The position numbers and the translations under genes were made by a program. Of a stretch of 32,884 nucleotides of DNA, positions 23,231 to 32,884 are shown piece by piece. Below the pieces are notes generated by a model, which was not told the DNA's origin, made no database searches, and saw only the letters and a list, made by a program, of their open reading frames with translations. Position 1 is the stretch's first letter. Each line of letters opens with the position of its first letter. Source of the DNA: Octopus bimaculoides (lineage: Eukaryota); NCBI RefSeq assembly GCF_001194135.2, contig NC_068994.1, positions 34,508,165 through 34,541,048 of the forward strand, read 5' to 3'.

Positions 23231-23512
23231 AAAAAAAACAAACAAAAAAAGAAACAGAGTTAAAAGAATAATAATAAAAATTTTATGTAAACTCCTCTCT
23301 GCTTAAATGTCATCTTATTCATTCAGTGTTATTATAAATTTTATAAAGAGATTTTTGTTTTTAACACACAGACATCAGTTTTAGTTTTTTTTTTTTTATA
23401 TTACATGATACTTCATCAATTTGCATCTTTGATACTAAGTCTAGTTGTCCCTTGACATCTCTGGTTGAGTATTGTATGCAGTTTGTATAAATTAAAGCAA
23501 AGGTAAAACATC

Positions 23513-23882
23513 ACAAGAGCACTCAGATAACGCAAACCTCTGCCAAGGCAACACCAACGTCGTCTCAACAATTAGACAGAGATGATTTTTAGAATGAGAA
23601 TGTCTGAAGTAAACTCAACTGCTCTCACAAATGAGAATACTAAAAATGAACTCGTCCACTCTCAAAAGTTAAGTAAAAAAACAGGAAAAATACTCCAGTC
23701 TCCTTGTCTGGTACTGGATCAATCCCAAAATCTAATCAGTTTGTGCCAGTCATGAGTCAAAACATTTCTGAAAGTTTCATCCAAATCCATCCAGCAGTTC
23801 TTGAGATATCTGGTCCGCAGACGAGCAAACAAACAAACACAACTGAAAACAATACCTCCGCCTTTGTTAAGGCAGAGGTAAT
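23513..23882. mobile_element. Non-autonomous Helentron-type element (HINE/DINE-1-like)
   Basis: Subterminal inverted repeats ACCTCTGCC (23536-23544) and GGCAGAGGT (23871-23879). Terminal hairpin TACCTCCGCCTT-TGTT-AAGGCAGAGGTA (23853-23880). Short (CAAA)n near one end; no TSD. Confidence 0.7.
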
Positions 23883-24029
23883 AATAGTAATGATGCTAAT
23901 AATAATAGTTATTATTGTGTGAATTCATTTTAATTTTGACCCAAGGCCAGTGGTTGTGCAGCATTTTCTCCGATACTCTGATTATTCTGCCAGTACATTG
24001 CTTTAATGATGATGATAATGATGATAATT

Positions 24030-24198
24030 CTTTCTACTAAAGGCACAAGGCCTGAAATTTTAGGGGATGGGGCTAGTCAATTACATTGACCCCAATGCTC
24101 AACTGGTACTTATTGACCCCAATAGAATTTAAACTCAAAATGTAGCGATGGATGAAATGCTGCTAAATATTTCACCCAGCATGCTAATCCCATTGCCT
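24030..24198 (-). mobile_element. Meta-like SINE copy with internal deletion
   Basis: TTCTTTCTACTAAAGGCACAAGGCCTGAAATTT...GAATTTAAACTCAAAATGTAG...GCCTT between GAT/AAT runs. Confidence 0.85.
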
Positions 24199-24247
24199 TA
24201 TATGATGATGATGATGATGATAATAATAATAATAATAATAATAATAG

Positions 24248-24490
24248 TTGAAGATAGTGCCAATTATTATTGGGGTTTTGGGAACAGTATCAAAAGCTAT
24301 TGAGAGGAATATAAAGGAAATGAGAATAGAGTGCCTGGTAGTGGTGTTGCTAAAAGTTTGCCTTCTTGGCACAGCCAGAATCATCAGAAAAGTATTAGAC
24401 AGTTGAAGTGAACAAACAGCATAGTACTGTAGGCTGCATGTAGCAAGCCTGCTACTGGTACAAGATTCCACGAATTCCAACAAAAAACTC
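24248..24490 (+). mobile_element. 3' end of an R4/Dong-clade non-LTR retrotransposon
   Basis: Open frame LKIVPIIIGVLGTVSKAIERNIKEMRIECLVVVLLKVCLLGTARIIRKVLDS* (stop 24404-24406), matching the VPxxIGxLG...LLGTARIxRKVL C-terminus of R4/Dong/Rex6 ORFs. Preceded by (TAA)n and followed by (CAA)n(TAA)n. Confidence 0.85.
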
Positions 24491-24526
24491 TCATTAAAAC
24501 AACAACAACAACAATAATAATAATAA

Positions 24527-24899
24527 TCCTTTCTACTATAGACACAAGGCCTGAAATTTGGTGTAGGGGGATAGTTGATTACTCAACTGGTACTTAATTT
24601 ATTGACTCTGAAAGAATGAAAGGCAAAGTGGAATTTGAAGTCAATAATAATAATTTTCAAATGCTAGTAAAGTACCAATAATTTCAAAGGGTAGGGTTTA
24701 GTTAATTACCTTCACCCCCAAGTGCCCAACTTGTGCTTATTTTATCAACCTCAGTGCCTGACCGGTACTTAAATTATTGACCCTGAAAGGATGGAAAGTA
24801 AAGTTAATCCCAGCAGAATTTGAAATCAGAATGTAAAGAGCTGGAAGAAATGCTGCTAAGCATTTTGTTTGGTATGCCGAGTTCTACTAGCATGCTACC

Positions 24900-24936
<37 letters not shown>

Positions 24937-25138
24937 TAATAATCCTTTCTACTATAGGCACAAGGCCTGAAATTTTGGGGGAGGGCATGAGTCAATTACA
25001 TTGACCCCAATGTTTCACTGGTACTTAATTTATTGACGCCAAAAGGATGAAAGGCATTGAACTCAGGGCATGCAGACAGACGAAATACCACAAAGCATTT
25101 CGCCTGTTGTGTGCTAATGTTTCTGCCAATTTGCTAAC
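24527..25138 (-). mobile_element. Further stacked Meta-like SINE copies (about 24527-24642, 24670-24900, 24942-25138)
   Basis: Same diagnostic segments as 21830-22503, separated by (AAT)n. Confidence 0.85.
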
Positions 25139-25355
25139 TATAATAATAATAACTATAATAATAATGATAAAATGACTATAATAATAATAAAATAACTATA
25201 ATAATAATAATAATAAAATAATTATAATAATAATAATAATAAGTTAAAGACAATAATAATATTAACAATACCAAACTGAAATTTTTAAAAAACCATGTAC
25301 AGAAATTGATTTACAGTTATAGTTTTTCTGTTATTCCCTACCTTTTTGACCTCAC

Positions 25356-25416
25356 CAAATTATAGGAGGGAAAAAAAACTCTACATCTGCAAACAATGGA
25401 AGATTAAAGGCCAAAC
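25356..25416 (-). CDS. Candidate small coding exon ((G)LAFNLPLFADVEFFFPPII(C))
   Basis: Long pyrimidine tract tttacttgcttgtttgcttctctgcttgttag| and donor TTG|gtgagg. 61 nt, phase 1-2, matching the phase-2 start of 19062. An alternative acceptor tttgcag| lies at 25387/25386. Confidence 0.38.
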
Positions 25417-25713
25417 CTAACAAGCAGAGAAGCAAACAAGCAAGTAAAAATAATAATGAACAGACAAAAACAAATAGTTGCTAAAAACAAAGAATAGGAA
25501 CAACATGGATAAATAAATACAAAATGTAAAAACAAAAATTAAATATCTAAAAAAAATAATTTAAGTTTTCTTCTTTAAGGAGACATTCTTGCAGAAGTTT
25601 AGAATCAAATAATTAAAAATTAAAAGAACATATATATATATATGTAATAAAAAGAGGGAATGAACTATCAAAATAATTTTCGAAAACAACAGGATAAAAA
25701 NNNNNNNNNNTTT

Positions 25714-25780
<67 letters not shown>

Positions 25781-26169
25781 ACACACACATGCATGCACTT
25801 ATACACACACGCCACATAAATATTCCTTATTGAATTCTTTGGTTCCTTCAGATGGTTGGCACTTCCTTTCGTTTACATTGTCTTTTACCATATTGAGACA
25901 GAAGATGCCTACCCCTTTCCTCACTTGCACACAGACATACAAAAGTTTTTGATAAAAAATGTTATAATCTTGTGAATAATATCAATTTAGCATTTTTATA
26001 TATTTGGTGAAATTGGTTTTACAAGGAAGGTTCAATGAGCTTGAAATATATTCAGACTTGTCTCCCATACTTGTTTAAAACAACATCAGTCATTAGGCAA
26101 ATGTTAGCTTTTCTTCACTATCTGTCTTAGCATATTTTCAGTGCTAACTGTATTCTAGTATCACTAACC

Positions 26170-26296
26170 TTATTGTCTTCAAATGTCATGCTTGCAGGTC
26201 ATCAGTGATCATGGATCTTCAAGTCATCCTGTCCCACATACAGCAGGCTATTGGGAAAGCCTTTATGAATCTAGCTGGTAAGACCATTCACTTTCT

Positions 26297-26350
<54 letters not shown>

Positions 26351-27480
26351 TGCTTCTTCCTTTCAGTTTGCTAGTTGTCACCAAGTACTTGAGTGTTTTT
26401 AGTTTCATGTGATGTCCAATGGACTGAGCCTGTTGACTTTTTGCACTCTTGAAATATTTGCAGATAGTCTTTGCTTGTCAAAGGACTTTGAAGTTTTTCA
26501 TTCTGTTTGCATAGGGCATCGTCAGTATTCACCTAAGGAACCATATCCCTGAATATGTAAGGATATGTTCTGTATTCCCCCTGAGATCCCTTTTCCTCAC
26601 TGTTACTAATAGTCTCTTATTTGATAAAAAAATATCTTTGATCTCATTATAAACAGCTTTGGCATGTTCAATCCTTGACATAATTTCTTCAATGAATAGT
26701 TCCCAAATATTTGAAATTACTGACTTGTTTCAAGGTAGTTTACTGTATTAACCTTCTTGATACTAACCTGCATGAGGCAGCCCTTGATTCTATGATACAA
26801 ACTTAACATTTTAAAGAGATTTAAATTTAAAAGAACAAAAAAAACCTCCCGTCAAATTCTATATCATGTTCCAAGAACTAGATTGTAAATTAATTGAAAC
26901 AAAGGCAGTGCATTTCAATAGAGACATGGCAATGAAAAGATTGTTATATTGCAAACTGGTAATATTTTCTTTGACATTAAGGTAGCAAGCTGACAGGACT
27001 ATTTGACATTAAGGTGACAAGCTGACAGGATTGTTTGATATTAAGGTGACAAGCTGACAGAATTGTTTACATTAAGGTAGCAAGCTGCCTAAAATTGTTA
27101 ACACACCGGGCAAAATGCTTAGTGACATTTCATGTCTTTGCATTTTGAGTTCGAATTCCGCTGAGGTCCACTTTGCTTTCCATCCTTTCAAGGTCGATAA
27201 AATAAGTACTAGTTGAGCACTGGGGTTGATGTAATCAACTAATCTGCTCTTCCAAGCTTTCTAGCCTTGTGCCAAAATTTGAAACCAATATTCTCTTTGA
27301 GATTGTCATTATCTCTTTCTTCTGTTGAGACTGGAATCCATCTTTCCGCTCTCACCATTAATTGTATTAACAAATGTTTGTAGATCTTACTCTGTTGTTA
27401 CTATGAAGACTGTCATCTACATAATGAATATTGTTAATGTTTTGTCTGTGTATCAATATACGTGGTAGATGTTAACCCAT
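26170..27480 (-). pseudogene. RTE-clade LINE reverse-transcriptase relic interrupted by later insertions
   Basis: Minus-strand translation: INNIHYVDD (27412-27440; YADD motif) / DLQTFVNTINGESGKM...EIMTISKR [SINE] KILPVCNIT [insert] LKQVSNFKYLGT / EEIMSRIEHAKAVY / GHHMKLKTLKYLVTTSKLKGRS. Confidence 0.85.
26975..27286 (+). mobile_element. Meta-like SINE with fourfold 32-bp 5' head and 14-bp TSD
   Basis: TSD AATATTTTCTTTGA (26961-26974) / AATATTCTCTTTGA (27287-27300). Body GTTCGAATTCC...GCTTTCCATCCTTTCAAGGTCGATAAAATAAGTACTAG. The head unit is repeated with period 32 from 26970. Confidence 0.9.
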
Positions 27481-28134
27481 TACCTCCCATAATTCTATTA
27501 ACTGGAATTTTTTTAATGAAACTTTGATTTCTAGCATAAAACAGCCTTAGAAACACACTGGAATGATCAAAATAACATTTCAAAATAACATTTCAAAATA
27601 ACATTTTAAATAGAAATAAGCGAGATATTGGGTGAAAAATTAGCAAACCTCATTTGAATATCAGAGAAATATATCTAGTAGATATAGCAAAAAGGTTAGA
27701 TATGTGTAAATATTGACAGATAATTATGAAATTTGTAATTTTTAAGTGATCTCATATAAGATCACTGGTAGGTAATGGGTTAATCAATCTCATAATTATT
27801 TCACTATGATAGGTAATTTGCTGTGTTCAATAAGACCCATCCACCACAGCAAAAGATGATGCCCCAAACCATTCTGTTTATGCTTATGATCCATTCTACA
27901 CCAACAAGTATTTTCTATTTCCCATTCTGTTAACACCTGGTCCTCCATCACTCCTTTATATGTAGAACTTCATGACTACTGTAATTACTTGAGGGTAGTA
28001 TCAGCACATGACTCCTTTCCCTTTCTTTGCCCTACCACTTACCTCCTCCCCACTATTTCCTTGTTCTACTCTGTCCATTTTCTGTCTTGAAAGATACTTA
28101 GTAACCTCACCAAAAGCTGGTAACAGTACAAACA

Positions 28135-28290
28135 GTAAGGCAATTGGCATTAGGAAGGGTATCCAGCCATAGAAACCATGCCAAAGCTGACAGTGGAGCT
28201 TGGCACAGCCCTGCAGCTTGCTGAATCCTGCTAAACCAGCCAACTTATGCCAGCCTCGAAAACAGATGTTAATGTATGATGATGATCACT
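28135..28290 (+). mobile_element. RTE-type 3' tail fragment
   Basis: GGCATTAGGAAGGGTATCCAGCCATAGAAACCATGCCAAAG...CCAACTTATGCCAGC...GATGTTAATGTATGATGATGAT. Confidence 0.75.
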
Positions 28291-29421
28291 AACTTAACTA
28301 TTGTTTTCATGAAGATGGTGTTTCAGAGCGGCAGAAAGCCAAACTGTAATGTTGATTACCAAAAACAATACAGAATTAAAAGTAGTCTGCAAAACAGGAA
28401 TTAAATTTAAAAAAAAAAAAATTATTTGTTTTAAATTACAATGAAGTCAATTCTGATAGCTAAATAAAAACGAAATCTTGAATAGATTAATTAATCAAAA
28501 TTTTATATTATTTTTGAAATTTTCTTTTTTTTTCATTTTTTTTTTTTAAATATTTGCAAAAGAATAATTTAGTTGATGAAGATGGATGANNNNNNNNNNN
28601 NNNNNNNNNNNNNNNNNNNNNNNNNNNNNNNNNNNNNNNNNNNNNNNNNNNNNNNNNNNNNNNNNNNNNNNNNNNNNNNNNNNNNNNNNNNNNNNNNNNN
28701 NNNNNNNNNNNNNNNNNNNNNNNNNNNNNNNNNNNNNNNNNNNNNNNNNNNNNNNNNNNNNNNNNNNNNNNNNNNNNNNNNNNNNNNNNNNNNNNNNNNN
28801 NNNNNNNNNNNNNNNNNNNNNNNNNNNNNNNNNNNNNNNNNNNNNNNNNNNNNNNNNNNNNNNNNNNNNNNNNNNNNNNNNNNNNNNNNNNNNNNNNNNN
28901 NNNNNNNNNNNNNNNNNNNNNNNNNNNNNNNNNNNNNNNNNNNNNNNNNNNNNNNNNNNNNNNNNNNNNNNNNNNNNNNNNNNNNNNNNNNNNNNNNNNN
29001 NNNNNNNNNNNNNNNNNNNNNNNNNNNNNNNNNNNNNNNNNNNNNNNNNNNNNNNNNNNNNNNNNNNNNNNNNNNNNNNNNNNNNNNNNNNNNNNNNNNN
29101 NNNNNNNNNNNNNNNNNNNNNNNNNNNNNNNNNNNNNNNNNNNNNNNNNNNNNNNNNNNNNNNNNNNNNNNNNNNNNNNNNNNNNNNNNNNNNNNNNNNN
29201 NNNNNNNNNNNNNNNNNNNNNNNNNNNNNNNNNNNNNNNNNNNNNNNNNNNNNNNNNNNNNNNNNNNNNNNNNNNNNNNNNNNNNNNNNNNNNNNNNNNN
29301 NNNNNNNNNNNNNNNNNNNNNNNNNNNNNNNNNNNNNNNNNNNNNNNNNNNNNNNNNNNNNNNNNNNNNNNNNNNNNNNNNNNNNNNNNNNNNNNNNNNN
29401 NNNNNNNNNNNNNNNNNNNNN

Positions 29422-30110
29422 TGTCACAAAAATGAATCATTTTTGAATCGAATAGTAACATGTGATGAGAAATGGATCCAATACAACAACCATAAACGTT
29501 CAGCACAATGGTTGGACAAAGACGAGCCTCTAAAACACAGTCCAAAAAGCAAAATTCATCAAAAGAAGCTGATGGTGTGTGTTTGGTGGTCTGGCGCAGG
29601 TGTGATCCATTATTATTTCATTTAACCTGGTTCATCAATCATGGCCAAAGTATACTGCAGCCAACTGGACCAAATGATGCAGAAACTTACAAAAAAAAAC
29701 AGCCTAGATTAGTCAACAGATCCACTCCTATTTTATTGCAAGACAACGCCGGACCACACATCGCAAAAATGACATTGGCGAAACTACAGGAATTGAAGTT
29801 AGAAGTTCTCCATCATCCACCATACTCACCTGATCTTGCCCCCACTAACGACCACTTCTTCCAGAATTTGGATAACTTTTTGATAGGAAAAAAATTTAAC
29901 TCCGACGATGCAGTAAAACAGACCTTCCAAGATTTTATTGACTCTAGATTGCCAGGCTTTTACAGTTCTGAGCTGGACAAGCTACCACTGAAATGGCAAA
30001 ATGCATTGACAATATGGCTGCATACTTCGATGGATAAAAACTATTCCTTGTAATTATAAAACATTAGCAAACTTTTTTCTTTTCTACAAATTTCATACTT
30101 GACAACCTAA
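29422..30110 (+). mobile_element. Mariner (DD34D, cecropia/Hsmar1-like) element, 3' half; transposase pseudogene
   Basis: RIVTCDEKWIQYNN...WLD...HQKKLMVCVWWSGAGVIHY...LLQDNAGPH...HPPYSPDLAPTNDHFF. D2-D3 spacing is 34, with D3 mutated to N (AAC at 29847). One stop and two frameshifts. 3' TIR ...TTTCATACTTGACAACCTAA then TA. The 5' half probably lies in gap 28590-29421. Confidence 0.95.
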
Positions 30111-30273
30111 TATATATGATTTAGTAATATAATATCTTCTTTATTAAACTGGTGTTTGGAACATAGCATAATTGTTCTTTCATTTAATAATGATGGAAAG
30201 TTTTTAGTTTAAATATGAACATTGTAAAACAGGCAGTTTTGCATCACAGAGTAGGCTTGGCATTGAGATAGAC

Positions 30274-30580
30274 CAGTGGTTCTCAAACTTTTCCAGGCTG
30301 CCACCCCCTTGACATCCAGGCCACATTCCTAGCTCCTCCACCCCAACTAACCATCACAAACATAGACCTCTTTCTGAAACAAATTCAAAGTAACTGTATT
30401 TCACAAATAAAACTTAACCTAATAAACTCATTATTTTGTTGTTTTTACATGAATCACTACCCTATTATTGCCCCACTTTTTACATGAATCACTACCCCAT
30501 TATCACCCAACTTTTTTTTAATACCCCCTTAGAATTTTACACTGCCCCCAGTGGGGCAGTACTGCCCACTTTGGGAACTG
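30274..30580. mobile_element. hAT (Charlie-like) MITE
   Basis: Left TIR CAGTGGTTCTCAAACT and degraded right TIR CTTTGGGAACTG. 8-bp flanks AGATAGAC / GGTTAGAC (6/8, TAGA core typical of Charlie targets). Internal ~37-bp tandem duplication at 30441-30515. Confidence 0.75.
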
Positions 30581-30694
30581 GGTTAGACAGTTATCAAAAG
30601 AGTTAAATAGACATTGATAAAAGTCTGAAAAAGAAAGATAGCATATTATGTTTACTACATGAAGGGGATAAAGCAAACCCTTTATTTATATTTT

Positions 30695-31070
30695 AGGTGC
30701 AAGTATGGCTGTTTGATTACAAAGCCTGAATTAGAGTTAAGTGCTTTCAGGTTCAGTCCTACTGTGCAACACTTTGGGCAAGTGTCTTCTACTTTAATCC
30801 CAAACCATCCAATACCATTTGAGAGAATTTTGTAGACAGAAACTGAGTAGGAAACCATTGTGAATAAGTTTGTGGTGGACAGTATATGTCTATATGTCTG
30901 TGCTTGGCCCACTCCACAATTGACAGCCTGTGCTGCTTTGTTTACATCACTGTAACTGAGAGGCTTGACAAAAAGTGACTGATAGAATGTGTACCAGATT
31001 TAAAAGGAAAAAGTCCTGGGGTTTGTTTTGTTCATCTAAATCCCTGCAAGGCTTTGCTCAGGTATTGCTG
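30695..31070 (+). mobile_element. Old, diverged full-length CORE-like SINE
   Basis: CAGGTTCAGTCCTACTGTGCAACACTTTGGGCAAGTGTCTTCTACT...GTAGACAGAAACTGA...GTTTACATCACTGTAACT...AAGTCCTGGGG is colinear with the reverse complement of 1572-1976. Confidence 0.8.
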
Positions 31071-31310
31071 AAGCAAACAACAGATGTGCATATTAATAGT
31101 CCTTCACATAAAACAGTGAACCAACAAAAATATCTCTTATATGTTTTGTATTAGATTGTTTTTTTTTGTTTTTTTTTTTTGTTTTTGTCTTTTTGTTTAG
31201 TGTGGTGGGTCAGGCTGCAACTCTCAGATCAGTGAGAATGATGCTATTAACATTTTGCTAAAAAACATTATTGTAAATGGACAAATGCACAAACACACAT
31301 ACAAACTTGG

Positions 31311-31341
<31 letters not shown>

Positions 31342-32088
31342 CATACACACATATATATATACACACATACGCGCACACACATACACACAAACATGCGTGC
31401 ACATGCACATATACACACAGCAATTACTGCAAAGTATTTGTCTGATGCTCTAATGTTTCAAACAATTGATTGCCTTGCATTATACACAATAATACTGAAA
31501 ATGCACTGTAGTTAGAGCTACTTTCATGGCTCATCTATAAAGGGTTAAGTACATCATCAATATATATATATCTATCTATATATATATATATGCCAACATA
31601 CAACAAACCTGTAATGTGATACAAACAAACACTTAAAGCATTTAGTCAGCAGGTCAACATCATAATTACCACACCAGTTGAGAATCATTTATGAATGAAC
31701 GAAAAGGGGTTAAAAAGTATAAATGAATAAAGAAGTAAATAAACAAACAAATATATAATAAATAATATGATAAGTGAATAGATAAATAAATAAATGAATA
31801 ATTAAATAAATAGAGTAATGAAAGATAAATAAATATAAAACCAAACTAGAGAAATGATTTATGAATGAATAAAAAAAAAACATTAAAAAATGCCACAATA
31901 ACACTCCTAAACACATGAGATGAATTTTGATTAATTGTCATCTTGTTTTTTTTTTCTCTCTTTCTTTCTTTTCTGTCCTCCTCACATTAGAGACATTACT
32001 ATTTTGGTCACATCCAGCATTTATTCACATATGCCTATAATACACCCACCACATAAACACATACACAGGTGTTCATACATATTCATCT

Positions 32089-32134
<46 letters not shown>

Positions 32135-32394
32135 TCCCACATATACAGAGGAATTAACAGATATATATACAAGAATTCTGTTTACGCATATATATGTATG
32201 ACTAAATGTGAATGTGTGTGTGTATGCAAAAATTTATGTTTTTTAAAATTCATAAATTGTCCAGCATTTTAACAGAATTTCTTTGAGTAAACAGCAATTG
32301 GGAACAAACCAGCTTTTGAGAAAAATGAATATATTTGTGTGTATGTGTGTGTGTGTGTGTGTGTGTATACATATATATGTGTGTGTGTGTATTT

Positions 32395-32600
32395 ATTCTT
32401 TTTATTTTTACTTGTTTCAGTTATTTGACTGTGGCCATGCTGTAGCACTGCCTTTAAGGGGGTTAGTCAAAGAAATCTACCCCAGGACTTATTCTTTGTA
32501 AGCCTAGTACTTATTCTATCGATCACTTTTGCCAAACTGCTAAGTTATGGGGACATAAACATACCAGCATCAGTTGTCAAGTGATGGTGGATGGACAAAC
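32395..32600 (-). mobile_element. 3' half of the CORE-like SINE
   Basis: CTTGTTTCAGTTATTTGACTGTGGCCATGCTG...CCCCAGGACTTATTCTTTGTAAGCCTAGTACTTATTCTATCG is highly similar to 1575-1760. Confidence 0.9.
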
Positions 32601-32606
32601 ACAAAT

Positions 32607-32657
<51 letters not shown>

Positions 32658-32884
32658 ATTATTACAAATTAAAAGGGTAAAGGATTATCAATTTATTAAT
32701 TAATAAATCAATTAACAATTAATAATTTTTACCAAGCCCATCGGTATGAAAGCACCATTATTGGTGGAGAACTTATTTAAAAGCTCATATATATTTATAA
32801 ATATAATTAAGGGATCAGCAAATATTTGCTTCACCATATACCGAAGTTCAGAAATGGCAGCTAAAAAAGCTGAGAATCTCACAG

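Larger units (their letters stand above)
6270..29421. other. Assembly gaps: 6270-6808, 11880-12191, 13335-13344, 16614-16910, ~17346-18304, 19867-19876, 25701-25710, 28590-29421
   Basis: N runs, most flanked by simple repeats. Long X-containing ORFs in the track are artefacts of these. Confidence 0.98.

Noticed and set aside
27780-28000. Possible Tc1 relic (RMVWGII, minus strand)
   Set aside because: Only one short motif matches; there is no colinear DDE region, so support is insufficient.
4931-32501. The many YI/CV/HT/SL-rich and X-filled ORFs in the supplied track
   Set aside because: They are translations of microsatellites or N-gaps, not genes.

Overview
AT-rich, microsatellite-laden eukaryotic DNA with 8 N-gaps. 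The repeat families (CORE-like and Meta-like tRNA-SINEs with ATT tails, RTE-type tails, AT/AC/AAT microsatellites) look like an octopus/cephalopod genome; this is my recognition, not a database result. Most of the window is transposon debris: RTE LINE relics, R4/Dong-like 3' ends, a Gypsy integrase scrap, two DD37D (maT-type) relics, a cecropia-type mariner, a hAT MITE, a Helentron-type non-autonomous element and about 15 SINE copies, many stacked in (TAA)n arrays. Nearly all ORFs in the supplied track are artefacts of microsatellites or N-runs. The main non-repeat signal is a set of small, phase-compatible minus-strand candidate exons (25416-25356, 19062-18942, 9431-9288, 5562-5500). Joined, they give an unrecognised Cys-rich polypeptide of about 130 aa, so the window may be mostly introns of one unidentified gene. 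A truncated type I hammerhead-ribozyme-like core lies at 10613-10657. I cannot support a confidently novel biological system; the best leads are in the findings.
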